Assembly (NCBI GenBank): GCA_937625935.1
Contig: OW569378.1
Location: 1-64,000, forward strand
DNA: 64,000 nucleotides
Origin: Tetramitus jugosus
Lineage: Eukaryota; Protista; Heterolobosea
Reading direction: 5' to 3'
Part shown: one piece after another, positions 1-13,068 of the stretch
Numbering within the stretch: position 1 is the first letter of the stretch
How the letters are laid out: each line of letters opens with the position of its first letter
Notes under the pieces: model-generated
Seen by the model: only the letters and a program-made list of their open reading frames with translations
The model's database searches: none
What the model was told of the DNA's origin: nothing
Made by a program: the position numbers and the translations under genes

Positions 1-731
1 CCAACCCAAACCAACAACCCAAACCCAAACCCAAACCCAAACCCAAACCCAAACCCAAACCCAAACCCAAACCCAAACCCAAACCCAAACCCAAACCCAA
101 ACCCAAACCCAAACCCAAACCCAAACCCAAACCCAAACCCAAACCCAAACCCAAACCCAAACCCAAACCCAAACCCAAACCCAAACCCAAACCCAAACCC
201 AAACCCAAACCCAAACCCAAACCCAAACCCAAACCCAAACCCAAACCCAAACCCAAACCCAAACCCAAACCCAAACCCAAACCCAAACCCAAACCCAAAC
301 CCAAACCCAAACCCAAACCCAAACCCAAACCCAAACCCAAACCCAAACCCAAACCCAAACCCAAACCCAAACCCAAACCCAAACCCAAACCCAAACCCAA
401 ACCCAAACCCAAACCCAAACCCAAACCCAAACCCAAACCCAAACCCAAACCCAAACCCAAACCCAAACCCAAACCCAAACCCAAACCCAAACCCAAACCC
501 AAACCCAAACCCAAACCCAAACCCAAACCCAAACCCAAACCCAAACCCAAACCCAAACCCAAACCCAAACCCAAACCCAAACCCAAACCCAAACCCAAAC
601 CCAAACCCAAACCCAAACCCAAACCCAAACCCAAACCCAAACCCAAACCCAAACCCAAACCCAAACCCAAACCCAAACCCAAACCCAAACCCAAACCCAA
701 ACCCAAACCCAAACCCAAACCCAAACCCAAA
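1..731. repeat. Telomeric repeat array (CCCAAA)n / (TTTGGG)n, left chromosome end
   Basis: About 120 tandem CCCAAA units from the window start, C-rich strand on +. The first ~17 nt are slightly degenerate. Confidence 0.97.
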
Positions 732-3729
732 TTCACTTTCTTTTCAAAAATCAAAAACTTCATCCAAATTCAAAACAAAATCGATCTATCATCTAAAGTC
801 TGATCAAACATGATTAATGAAAGCTCAAATCACTCATTCCATTTCTTTATCCATCTCTTGACTTTCACTCCTTACTCTTTGTCGAAAACGGATATTCTCT
901 CATTCAATGCTCAACATCTGGATGTTTTTGAAGCAATCTAGTGAGTCAATATATGTTGAATGAGTAATTATTCCTACTTCTCTTCAGTTATGATGGGTTG
1001 GGTCTGGGTATTCAACTCTGCATTCAATACAAACACAAAGTTTAGTTGTCACTTTTTGAGAGCTAATCTCTCTCAAAATAACAATTTTTCCCAAAGACTC
1101 TCAGTCTATTTCAATCATAAATCTGAATTGTCACTCAGAAAAAGCTAGTTATCTGGATTTCTGACGGTTTGGATGTGGCCTTTCAACTATAAACACGATT
1201 CAAATTTGAAACTTCACTATTTCACTGTTTTAAAGTATTTTGAATCGAAAAGTCTCAATAATAGATAAAACATCTGATCATACTGTGATTATTTGATAAA
1301 AATTGTCGATTCTATTCAGAAAAACGCAAAATCAAGTCAGTCAAAATTTCAGAAAAATCAAGTCATAAGACATCAAGTCAAAAAATATATTTAGTAGGAA
1401 ATCATGTTAAAAATGATCAAATAATGTCTCAATACTCTGGTCTAAGACAAAGAAATCATGTTTAACATGTACCTCTTATCCCCAGTATAGGATCAAAATC
1501 GTCTACAAGCTATTGCAGTTTTAACACTGTTGCCGATAAAAATCTGTTAAATACAGCACAGATATATCGGCTCTACGAGCCGATAAAGCTCAAATCGAGT
1601 TGAAAACCTCGCCAATCTCTTCACCTCAACCAGATGAAGCTCCTAGAGCAATAAAAAATCTCAAAAAAAAAATTACCATATAAGGAAATCGTTTCCTTAG
1701 GTTGGGGAATCCAGGATGTATCCCCAAACCCAAACCCAACCCATGATTCTTGAATCTTAGAGAAGACCACCAAAACGTCATATGCTTCTTCTTTGTCCGG
1801 CACAGATGAGATTGAGAAAGTAAGGCTTAAGATTCTGTGTGATCGGCTCATGCGTCTTGAGATATAACTTTCTCGCCTCCGGGAACCAAAGTCGAGTATT
1901 GGACAACATGGTAAATAGTTCTTGTTCCGTGATACGGACTCAAAGTTCATTGACCAGAGGATGAAACCTTTTCCAAAAGTATGTCTCCAGAGTAGTAATG
2001 GAAGTAGCAGTATGAGTAGGTCATATCAACGCCTATGCTGTAAAAATGAAGAATATACCCTTCACAGAACTCCAAATGGTAATCAAGAACCGTGAGACCG
2101 ATTCTTCCCAATCCAACAAGTCTATCAATCATCGATCCATGGTGAGGGAATTGAATTGTGAGAGTGGACTTCAGATTGAATAAATCTTGTGATATAGTGC
2201 ATAGCAAAAGAGATTACTTTCTTTTCATGAGCTCTAAAATAACTTATCCCCTGAATGTAGATTGAGGTCCCCGAGATTTTGATACTCACTCAAAACGTCA
2301 AGCATCAAGTTCCTCCTTGGGGACTCGCTTTTTGGTATTCATGATAGATCAACAAGATGACTTACTTCAATTCATGCAGTCTAGCGTTGAATACCTTTTG
2401 ATTTCGAACTGATAGCTCAATCAATTGTCCGTCTTGAACAGTTCGACTCTGACCAAAACGGAGGACAGTATACTCAATTCTCTCACTCACCCACTTTGTA
2501 AAAGATTTTATAGTCTTTGCTTCTAAGTCTACTTCCTTATTCGAGTCTAACTTGTCAATTGATTTTTTTTCATTCCAATAACCATTGTTCCTTTCTACTC
2601 CGTTTGTCGTATTTATTCCAAAAATTTTGTTGCTATCAGCTCTTGTTTTGGTTTCTTGGAGGAGAAAGAAGGTGGAAGCAAAGTGTGTCATCGATTTGAT
2701 GTGTTTTGAATAGTAGATGTAGTTGCGCGTACAAACGTAGATGCACAAAAGTATACAAATCAGAAGATAAACGGCTTTGTTCACAAAACTACGTTCACTG
2801 CAACTAAGTAAAGATTGAAATAGAAGAAAAGGAAATCCAATCCAAATCCATCAATCAACATCCAATCAATCACCAACTTTCACGAACAAAATTTTGGGTC
2901 ATTTGAAATTGTGTAATGAATGACAAGTAGGAAACCTGTTGTTGCTACACTACTATCATTTGATTCTTTTGTGTGATACTACAAATTGATGTAACACTGG
3001 AATTGATCTTCACAAAGTTGAATGATTCTAGTTGGTATTGCAGCCAATGGCAATATTTTTTGAGCTAACAAAGGTTGGAAAGTTTCCAATTGTACAATAC
3101 ACCATCATATATTCAGTTCTATCTTTCAAGTAACATTCCACTCCATTATCATTTCTCATTTCTCATTTCCTACCTACAAATCTCAAATACAACAACGCCA
3201 ATACTTTTTCTCGTCGCTTTCCGTTGTGTCATTGACATCCACTCACATGGTGTTGATTTTGAGACGTTGATGTTCTCTGATGCTGTAGGAGAGTGATCAG
3301 GTGAAAGCCTTAGTCAGCCAACGGACAATTTGTATCAATCTCTAAAAATAAAGGCAGGAGAAGAATCGAATTTTTGTTAATTTATTCTAAATCAATTAAC
3401 AAAAAAGAATATTCGCAAAAGAAGAATGATAACCATAGACCAGATATATGTGATAAATTTATTCTTAAGATAAGAAATAATCATCATACAGAGAGAGAGA
3501 AGAGAGTTTACGACCTTTTTTCCAGAATAAGCACAGCAAATGTTTCTCATATTCCAATTTTTAGTGTATTAAAAATGGTTTTACTTAATGGCGAGCCATT
3601 GGATGAGAAATTTCATTGTATTCTTCTGGTCATATGAAGGACGGAGTTTTCTTGAGCTAAAGAGAAGTGATAAAATTAGACAGTGTTACATATTCTCTTT
3701 CAAGTATATTTTTCCATGGCGCCTCTCCC

Positions 3730-4140
3730 TTCAATGATGATATAAATGCTTCGAATATCGGTCTAGACGTCACCAACAAAAAATTAGCATTGACTCCATT
3801 AGTTATCGATTGAAGACAAAATTTGTTGTTAACTACATTGATTTTGGATTACCTCCATCTCCATCGAAATCAAATGAACAAATACATGTACTCAATGTTC
3901 AATTCGGCAGCACCTTTTGCAATGCGAAAATGTTTGATAACAGGAGAGCTAGTCCGATACGCCAGACTTGCGGATAATTTCCAACAATGTGATCAGAGAC
4001 GACTTCGTTTCAGACAAAAACTATTGAATAGAGGCTACACTGCCTCATTTATTTTCTCCAATAACAACTGCTTCACTCTAATAGAGAAGTGCTGTTTGGG
4101 TACGCGAATGCCAGATTGGAAGTACTTTCAACAAAGTTGA
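3730..4140 (+). pseudogene. Decayed Penelope-like element reverse transcriptase fragment (thumb region)
   Basis: ORF 3823-4140 reads YSMFNSAAPFAMRKCLITGELVRYARL...FRQKLLNRGY, matching the PLE RT thumb pattern (YLxxxSxHP...GQxxRxxR...LxxRGY). A possible degenerate FNDDI motif lies near 3730. Stops are present upstream. Confidence 0.6.
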
Positions 4141-4280
4141 GCTCCCTGTGTTGGTATTACTGCTCATTGTTACTGTTAGTTTTATGTAGTGATTGGTGTT
4201 GTAGACTGTATCATCCTTTTAAAAGAGAGTAAAAGCGTAACGGTAGCCCATTGATTCCCCCTATATATATTATTTTTTAT

Positions 4281-5000
4281 TTATAAATGGTTGTATGAAG
4301 CAATGGACAAATCACTGAGTCGTTCCTTGATGTTATCCATGATACCCTGAAAATGAGCCGTTTGACACTTGACGAATAAACGAGTTCCATCTTTGATCGA
4401 GTCTTCAGGAACTCCAATCTTCAAAGGCTGATCAGCTGGACGTTTCTCATCGATCCAAATGTGGAGCAAAATCATGAAACAAGCAAACTTGAGATCCTCA
4501 GTCTTGATGCCTTCCATGTTGATGCTCTTTCCTTCAATCTTCTTGAAGACTGTGTAATATCCTCTAGGTTTCAAAGGGTTCTTCTCCTCATCAAGCACCA
4601 AGACCAATACACTCTGGCCAGCATGAACAAGGATATCTTCGTCATATCTTTGATAGAGAGGCTTCTAAACTCTTGGCGGCCAACCATGATGTCCCACAAT
4701 AGAGTAGTTGGCAGATGACAATTGCATATTGAAGTTCACCTCACACTTGGAATGAAGGAACTCAACCCATTGTAGACCTGATCAGCAGAAACAGGACGAG
4801 GATTCGACTTCTTCTTACCAGATCTTGTTCTTTCTGGTCCAGGCTCTGGTTCAGGCTCACATTCGCTCTCAGGCTCAGATCCCTCCGTCTCAGTTACTTC
4901 AGGTTCAATTTCAGGCTGGCCCTCTATGTGCAGAGAACGAAAAATCCTGTAAGGTGTTTCTGCCAGTTCGTAGGTGACCTGAGGAACAAGGACGCTTTGT
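4281..5000 (-). pseudogene. Disrupted ORF of unknown function adjacent to the transposase remnant
   Basis: 108-aa C-terminal ORF plus interrupted upstream coding-like sequence with an EPE-rich tract. Confidence 0.35.
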
Positions 5001-5049
5001 TTGCCCTGTACAGCCTGAGTTCTTTCCCATCAAGAAAGGATCTTTTCTT

Positions 5050-5810
5050 TTGTTCCTGCTAGGTGCACGAATCAACGAGAATTATGCGTACAAGACGGTG
5101 AGAGATGTGTTTACCAACTCTTTGTGTAACCATATCCGTGATCGTCGTCTTGGTGGGGGCCCAAAAGTTGAATATGATTCAATTAAGAAAGTTCTTCGTT
5201 TTCTCTTGCGAAAATTTGGTAACCAAGTGGATAAGGTTCAACCATTGTTGAACTACGATAGAAAAACTTTGCGAGAGAAACTCGACAAGTATGTCTTGGC
5301 AGAGAGTAGAGCTGATGTTTTGTTCAGTTGGTGTCGCTCAAGCACTACCCAATCACTTCGTTCGATCAACAGGATTTAGTCGTGACGACTTCATGCAGAT
5401 TCATCAAGAACTAGAATTTCTCCAAAACAGATTGGTGACTAATAATCAGAAATATTGACATCCATTTAGACATATATCCATTGACGAAATGATGGTAAAG
5501 TTCGAGGTCCATCTAAACATAGTTGTTCGAGCCATCCAAACCCACAAAATGGGGCTTAAAGTTCTACTGCCTGGTGTGTGAAGCGCACTATTTGTACTGG
5601 TTCAAGATGCACAAGAAGAGGGAGGAAGCATAAGATGAAGTTTTGAGAAAGTTGTGCAATTCGGCACTGGATAAACCCTCCCTCAGGATTCTGGACAGTT
5701 TCGTTGTTATTGGGACAATTATTATGGAGGTGACAAGTTGACTTTGGATGTAGTACAGAGAGGTCTTGGTATCACGAGTACAGCCCGTAGCAATCGTACC
5801 ACAAAAACCA
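5050..5810 (+). mobile_element. piggyBac-like DDD transposase remnant (pseudogene)
   Basis: Frameshifted fragments in the expected piggyBac order: SRDDFMQIHQELEF, SIDEMMVKF (~5477), EPSKPTKWGLKFYCL (~5529), YWDNYY (~5710), RGLGITSTARSNR. Confidence 0.85.
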
Positions 5811-6582
5811 TTGGTTTGAAACTATCCAGCTTTCAGTGTCATCATCCAACTGTTCATCGATTAACTCGATTATTCGTTTTCTCTTCTTACTACCTCTGCT
5901 TGATTTTTTCTTCTCAAATAATCAATATGATTTTCTTTTTCGACCCAGTTCTTCAAACACTTGGATCTTCTCATCCTTCATGATTTTATACCAATTACCT
6001 CGATGGTAGTGATAAACATCAGTAATAACACTGATCATTGTACCATGTTATAGGAAAAAACTGCATTTCACTGGAATCTTATGGAAATGATTGCATTTTC
6101 CGTTTCCAGGAAGAACAAAAAAGCTCTATCGCGAAAAATAAAACCTCCTCATTGAGGTCGTGTTATTTTATGGCAAACACACATTTCAAAATACAAGATC
6201 ATTGACCGATATGAATTTCTCTGGTCACTCACATTTCAAAATTGGTCGAACGCGTTATGACCTAAGTAGATTCTATCGCAGTGATAAGAGATATTCATAT
6301 CATTATTGGAAAGGTAAACGTTGATCGATGTTGAAATATTATTCACATGTCAGTAGGAGATTGCGGTGCATCAAACGACAATTAATGAAGTTGTATTTTC
6401 CCTGAAATCGATTTTGGGGGAGTGAAATCGGTATATAGTCATGGGAAGGAAATCACAAGGTTTTCCAAAGTCAGTAAAGGAAACATTGAAAGATGTATTA
6501 GGTAATGAAGGAGAAGGTGAAATTGTTCCATGGTCTCATGATGAAAAGGGCTCCACATTGGATGAAGCATATTTGATTTTAC

Positions 6583-7835
6583 TTGAGGATAAAATACCAC
6601 GTCAATGCCAAATGGGAGCGTCCAGATATTATTTCTTACAGATTCAAAGAAGGAGAGGTGATCTTTTACTCTATTGATGTGTATTCATCACTGTACTTTA
6701 TCTTGTCTGGTAAGGTTATGCTGAGTTTCAGACCTGAAGAGCAGGAAAATAATCCAGATCAGAACACTGAGACTGTTGATGTTTCATCTACAGCAGATCT
6801 GAATGAAACTGATATTCCAGATCTGATGTGTAAGGAATGCAAGGAAATGGGCCAATACGATGTATTTGGTCAAAACTATATGCATCCCATGTCCAACAAA
6901 CCAGTGGTTGCGATCGCCAAGTGTTTGCAGTAATACTCAGACTAGAGGCATCAGATATTGAAGCTATATTGCGCAGAAGGACTGAGTTTCAAGAGGAGTT
7001 TCATGAATTAAACAGAGATGCTGAAGAGATGGATCAATTACTCCATACATCCTATGTGTCCAAATCCAAAAGTTGCATGACTGAACTCGATGATTTGATA
7101 TTATCACCATCAGATAATGATGCCATTGAGAATGGTGATCAAAAAAACACTGATCAATTAGCATCGATCCAAAATGCTGAGCAAATACAAGCAGATGAGA
7201 AAATTGAGGTAACCAAAGAATTGGATGAGATCATAGAAGCTCCATTGGAACATGAAGCTGATCTTCAGATCAAGGATGAAGATGCTTTGCATCACGCTGG
7301 CAAAGACCATTCTGCTGCTATTGCCATCTGGTTGGGTATATTGATAGATGGTATTCCAGAATCGATTGTGATCGGTATCATTGCAGCTGAAAGCCTTGTA
7401 GGTCCTCTGCCTCTAGTCGTTGGTGTATTTTTATCCAACTTTCCAGAAGCTCTCTCCAGTTCTGTATCGCTTCGAAAGGCCAAGATGCATCCCATCAAAA
7501 TATTTCTCATGTGGTTCTCTCTGTGCGTTGCCACTGCAATTGGTAGTGGTATTGGTTCACTTCTATTTTTGGTTTCGCACCACAAACCAGTCAAGTATCT
7601 GATCGAGGGAGTTGCTGCTGGGAGTATGATGACCGTGATCACCAGAACTATGCTTCCAGAGGCCTTTGAGCTTGGTGGTGGCTTGGTTGGTTTGAGTGCT
7701 TTATTTGGATTCCTATCAGCCGTGAGCGTGAAACTGGCATTCCTTCCATTACCCCGGGCCACGATGGGGCCATGTAATTTCAACGTGACAGAGATCTACA
7801 ACACAACAGATTTATTCAGTTTGTTGGATCAATAA
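6583..7835 (+). pseudogene. cNMP-binding domain plus ZIP-family metal transporter fusion, frameshifted
   Basis: FKEGEVIF...LYFILSGKV...FG (cNMP-binding fold) followed by GILIDGIPES...SNFPEA...TMLPEA (ZIP). One frameshift near 6924-6926 and a disrupted 5' part. Confidence 0.75.
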
Positions 7836-7922
7836 ACTTGAACCACTGTGGATCGCTGTATTTTGCTCTTATTTTTATGAATACATTGTAAAATGAGTTG
7901 TTGTCAAAGTGTTCTCACCAGT

Positions 7923-8888
7923 TTACAAAGGTGACATGTCTATAGGGAATGCAAATAGAAACACATCTACCAGATCATGATAGTCATTCTTGTTCGTTGG
8001 TTTCTGTAATTCAAACATGGCAGCCAATCCATCCAGACACTCCAAACAATATGCATCATCAAATGGATCATATCCTCCTTCATGTGACATAACACAAATA
8101 TCAAAGTTCAAGTCCTCTGATGTCAATTTCAAGTTGATGAAATCAGATATATCTTGATGGTATTTCGATCCAGTGTATTTCAATACAATATCTGTAGTTG
8201 ATCCAGTTTCTGTTGCAGGAAATCGTATCTCAGCCGTTCGTTTCACTGCAACATTACCAGTGTCATGATTAGTCAATCCACGTTTAATAGTTGATGATTC
8301 GAATCTAACACGACCATATATCTTGTCATATATATCTCGTTTCTGTTGGTCAGACAATTTCAGATTATGAGGGTATTGTATTTTCATACGAGCACTTTGT
8401 GGTCGTGAACCATTCACCCAATCATCCCAGATTAACTTCCATGTCTTATACTTATTTACTAGTTCTAACTTATCAATAGATTTATCCAATAATTGACGCA
8501 AGAGTTTCAATTCTGTTTCACAATGATCTGGTTGATTGCTATCATGCAGATATTGTAGAGCAGATGATAATGAACTTTTAACATGATGAAATACATATCT
8601 AGGATGTTTCTGAAATGCATCTGCAACTGTTTTACATGTCAATTGAAAGTGTGACATTGTACTATGTCCATCCATATTGTTATCAATAACATCCAAATTA
8701 TCATCAAAGTCATACATGAATGAGAATGCCTTCTTTTTAGGTTCTCTTTCTCCCTGCAATGGAATGAAATCAATAATGTTTGAAATGAGTTCTCGTGGCA
8801 GTTCATTGAAACGTGTTGGTTGTCCAGTGGTTATATTGTAAGTAGTACTTGCTTTGTGACTGCTCTTTTGACGTTTGCATTTAGGCAT
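7923..8888 (-). CDS. F-box-like domain protein
   Basis: 321-aa ORF with an N-terminal FNELPRELISNIIDFI F-box-like motif. Confidence 0.6.
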   Translation of the reverse strand: MPKCKRQKSSHKASTTYNITTGQPTRFNELPRELISNIIDFIPLQGEREPKKKAFSFMYDFDDNLDVIDNNMDGHSTMSHFQLTCKTVADAFQKHPRYVFHHVKSSLSSALQYLHDSNQPDHCETELKLLRQLLDKSIDKLELVNKYKTWKLIWDDWVNGSRPQSARMKIQYPHNLKLSDQQKRDIYDKIYGRVRFESSTIKRGLTNHDTGNVAVKRTAEIRFPATETGSTTDIVLKYTGSKYHQDISDFINLKLTSEDLNFDICVMSHEGGYDPFDDAYCLECLDGLAAMFELQKPTNKNDYHDLVDVFLFAFPIDMSPL

Positions 8889-9093
8889 AATGTTGATGAT
8901 GGGAAGTTGTGCGTTTGTTGAATACTATTGCGCGCGCAGAATTTCTTCTTGACTCGTTTCAAAACGAAAAATAAATAGAGACACAAACGAAACATGATGA
9001 TCAAGAAGAGCGTGTATAGAAAGTAACAGTATACTTTCAATGATGAACATCTTATCTCAATATTTGGGAGTGTTTTTTCGTTTTCATGGTACA

Positions 9094-9717
9094 CTATTCG
9101 TCATATTGATCCTCCCATAATACAAATCTACGAGACCCACTCACTTTTCTAGCTAATTGATCAATATTCTGACCACGAGCTATTGGATGAATCTCTCCTT
9201 CCAGTGTATCATAATTGAAAACTGAAATCGGAAGAAGTTTCAATGGATAGAACTTTGCTCTATGTGGACCATAAAAATCAGAGTAATTCTTCTTTGAAAT
9301 GTCCAACTCAGTTGTTGACATGGCAGCTTTGCATTTGGTACAATGGACTGTGTGTTTTGTTACACCGTCCTCGACTGTTTCTTCGAACTGTAAGTCACAA
9401 CATTCACTTCCTGTTCCAGTTCTTCTCCAATAACAAAATGTTGGTACGATTCTATGCCAATTTGGAGCACTACAAAGATACGAAGAACAAGCATCCTTCT
9501 GCAATTCAGTTAATTTCTGCTTAAGATCAGCATTTCTATTCATTTTCTCCAAATGATACCAATACATCCTTTCCCAGTATCTCACCAATTCATTCACTCT
9601 AAATTGATGATGGAATGATTCACAATTTTCATCCTTTTTCATGCTCTTCTTCTTATGCTTCTTGTTTCTCCTCATTCTTTGTAATTGTCCCTTGTTCAAT
9701 TCTGTTCCGTTTGACAA
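9094..9717 (-). CDS. Hypothetical protein (start uncertain, possibly degraded)
   Basis: 207-aa ORF with a non-ATG start in the track and a CxxC motif. Confidence 0.35.
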   Translation of the reverse strand: MSNGTELNKGQLQRMRRNKKHKKKSMKKDENCESFHHQFRVNELVRYWERMYWYHLEKMNRNADLKQKLTELQKDACSSYLCSAPNWHRIVPTFCYWRRTGTGSECCDLQFEETVEDGVTKHTVHCTKCKAAMSTTELDISKKNYSDFYGPHRAKFYPLKLLPISVFNYDTLEGEIHPIARGQNIDQLARKVSGSRRFVLWEDQYDE

Positions 9718-10265
9718 CTTTCTGGATCAAATCGTTCATTGTTTCTTCTGATAGATGTTGAGCCAAGTCACGAACAAACAATCTATACCAAAGAATGTTC
9801 ATTTCCTTCAATTCATCTCCATCTCCAACAACGGCCGTTTTCCATTGTTGACAAACTTGTCACGCCTTATAAACATCTTTTGGTTCAAGATACAGGAAAA
9901 TATCCTGAAGAGTATCATTAAATAATGTAGCCATTGTGTGTTGATCCATTATCATTTGTTGCCTCTCAAAACCCCATTTTTATTCTGTCAATCCCAGTTC
10001 AGGATCAGCAAGAACTCGGAAATTGCAAATGAAACAACCTTCCGAAACGACATCTTCCGAAAAAACAACACGTGGTCTGCAGGAATCAACACTTTGTATG
10101 AAACCCTGCCCATATGTGAAAGTGTTTAGGCAGCGACTCATATCAAGCATTCTGAAAAATTTTCAGTTTCATTTCCGTTTTTGGTGTCCGCTGAAACTTG
10201 GTTTGTAGTCGTGTAAGAGCGGACTCCACGAAGGACTTTAGTTTGGTCACTGCTGGGCCCTTCGC

Positions 10266-11065
10266 TTGCACTTTCTTACCCTTGATGGCTACACCACCTT
10301 TTGGTCCCAAAGAAATAACTTGAAGAGCCTCAAAGTAGTTTTTCAAATGTTGTTCATTAGCAACTTTTTGCAGATCAAGGACTTGATCTCAGCGTGTTCA
10401 TTCGTATTGAGTCGCTCAATATCCGAAGCCAATTGCTTCTATTATTTCATGTTGCCTCCGACAGAAGAGATGTTTGAACTCAAGAGACGAGGTAGAGTTC
10501 TTTGCAGAGAATAAGAGACGTAGTCTGTTGGATACTAATCTGTCGCACTTGTCTTTTGAGGTGCTTGTTGGACTGTTGGTGTCAAAGCCAATGAGGTTGT
10601 CAGAGGAGGAAACATCCATTCTTTTCGATTTCTGGAAGGCAGGTGATGTGGAGTCACACGAGTCATTGAGAGAACAATTCATGAATGATATTAAGGAACC
10701 GAGTGTCGAGAGCTTATCGTGGTATGAATCCAAGTTGAAGGATATAACAGAGGAGACCTTTGGAGTGTTCGAAGCTCTTAAATACATAAAGAGAGAGAGC
10801 AGAGTTTTGTGTATCGGATTGGACGCAGGTGGCAAGACCACCTTACTCTATCGATTGAAGTTGGGCGAGAGTGTCACTACAAGTCCAACGATTGGCTTCA
10901 ATGTGGCGCCATTACTTTAGTAATTGTAATGCCATCATAGTTGTAGTGGACAGTAATGATCGTGAACGTTTGAGTGAGCTCAAAGAAGCCGTCGACAATT
11001 ACATCTTAGGTGACAATGAAACATCTGGTCTTCGAATTTTATTCTGGGTGTATGAAGAGGTGTAA
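10266..11065 (+). pseudogene. BTB/BACK - ARF-family GTPase fusion pseudogene
   Basis: [30 protein letters not shown] (BTB/BACK boundary), then GLDAGGKTT...PTIGFNV and WRHYF...VVDSNDRER (ARF). Frameshifts and an internal deletion removing the WDVGGQ segment. Confidence 0.85.
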
Positions 11066-11357
11066 CTCGCCCACCTTCTTGAACCACGTTTCTAGCTTGG
11101 AGGGAGTAAAATGGATGGAGAATCAGGGGTACCAACTTGATCTTTTGTAAAGATGACAAGGGTCATAGAATCGTAAAAAAAAACTTGGACAGTGGACGAA
11201 GAGTTTGGACAAGTCGGAAGTATCAATAGTTCGCATATTTTATCAAAAATATTTCTTTCAATAAGAATGTGCAGATCGTCCTAATTAGATCTCCAAAAGA
11301 GCTTGCCTATTTAAGCAGAAAGAGTTGACACATAACAACCAAACAACAAATCAATAT

Positions 11358-12309
11358 ATGATGAATACTTGTAAGATGATTCTGGCACTATTGTTGAGTG
11401 CAACTCTAATTGCAGTCTGTATGGCGCAAGGAGTTCAACGACATCAAGATCGTATCAAGAGAAGTCTGTTCACTGTATCAAGTATCTCTCAATCCACCAC
11501 CACAGTGCTCAGCGCAACTCCAACAACGCCAACTAGCAAAAATAGTTGTTTCCCATTCTTTGCTGGTACTCAAGTAATTATTGGTAATCCAGACACTTGG
11601 TTGCCATACTTTTTTGGAATTTACAAAAACTTGCCAGCTGCAGAAATCAAAGCAGGAGATAAGATTGTATTTGATATGACCAATATTAATGAAGTGGCAA
11701 TCATTTGATATTGCTCTAGCTCACACATCAACAAATGGAGGAACTATACCTGATATCAACGGCTTCACAGTTATTGCACCAAGTAAGAGTCCACCTGTTC
11801 CTGGAGATTTCATTCTTGATAATTATGAACTGTCATTCGATGTTACCACTCCATTTTCTTTTGCCGGTGGAGGGTTAATGATTCGTTTCTCAGTTGCGAC
11901 ACCATCTTCATTTGCCTCTGACAATGTTTGTCAAGTTGGATTGAATGGTGCTTCGGCCTCTGATCCTTCGAATCTGTTTGTTGGAAGAGTGTATGCTGGA
12001 AGTGAATTCGGAAAACCACCACCTGTTCAAATTGACTCAAATGACTATATTCCAGCTTTTAAGATTATCAGAAGTGTGGGTGCTTGTACTCAAAGAACCT
12101 GTCCATGTGGAAAGAGTTGTAGATTCGTTCCTCCTTGCAGAACCACACCAATTGAAAAGTGCTTTGGTTCATCCAAATCTTGCATTTCTGATAATTTTAA
12201 TCCCACTCAAGCATGCTTGTGCAAGACTGGAGATGAATGTTGTAATCAGGTTTGTTATGATCCCAATAGATTCAGATGCAATTCTGCTGGCAAAATTGTC
12301 AGACTGTGA
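11358..12309 (+). pseudogene. Secreted protein with Cys-rich C-terminus, one frameshift (~11700)
   Basis: Signal peptide-like ILALLLSATLIAVCMA. C-terminal CCNQVCYDPNRFRC motif like those in the 42514 gene. Two overlapping ORFs join by one frameshift. Confidence 0.65.
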
Positions 12310-12533
12310 GTGAGTGGGTTACTGGAACTCAAATTGTACAGGAAAAAAGGCCAAATGTGGCTCGAATAGGTGCGATAATAAAACTGTTGTTTTATAGAAC
12401 GATTGTCTCAACGAATTATGTAGAGTTGTGTCGATATTCTGAACGCCCCATTGACGAAACACTACAGAAGAAACTGTAATTCATGGAAGTACCAGTCCAT
12501 GCTTGCCATTTATGCATAGCGCTATGATGGGGA

Positions 12534-13068
12534 ATGGTATCAGACCCCCATCAAGCTAACAATAGCTTGTTGTTTGAGGTCAGTGATGCTGAATACTGTC
12601 AGTTTGAACTGGTCGCTCAACCTTGCATCCTAATCTCTAACTTTACTCTGCAAGCACTCATAGTAGGTGAGATTCAGTTTGTACATGATGGCAGTATTCA
12701 AGAGCCCAGTTACCTTATTAGTGTGAGTAATGGTTATTTAAGCACAGTACCACAAATGGCTACCATCTACTTTACCTTAGCTTTACTCGTCTCTTTTCAG
12801 TAGTGATTTCCTGTTGAATCAAGTAAGATAGAATCCGAACTCACTGTATCCCCAGTCCAATTCAAAAGCGATGGTAAACAAGGATTCCAACCGAAAGGGT
12901 GCCATTATTGGTGGTGTAGTTGGTGGTGTAGGAAGCGGCGTTGCATTATTAAGTTTGTGCGTTGTTTTAGCAATTGCAGTCATTTGTTTCTTTGCAGTAA
13001 AGAAAAGAAGAAAATCAACCAAAGTACATGACTTGGAACAAGGAATAGAAATGAAAACAACTAATTAG
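12534..13068 (+). pseudogene. Remnant of a type I membrane surface protein with a CSPG/cadherin-like repeat
   Basis: NFT...GEIQFVHDGS...PSYLISVSNG repeat motif, then a TM segment AIIGGVVGG...FFAV plus KKRRK. Interrupted by stops. Confidence 0.6.

Noticed and set aside
1331-1380. Three ATCAAGTCA direct repeats as a CRISPR-like or iteron array
   Set aside because: Too short and irregularly spaced, in AT-rich subtelomeric DNA with no associated genes.
1722-1742. Internal CCCCAAACCCAAACCCAACC as a telomere-healing or retroelement junction
   Set aside because: Only about 3 units, and it reads WVGFGFG within a minus-strand ORF fragment, so it may be coding coincidence.
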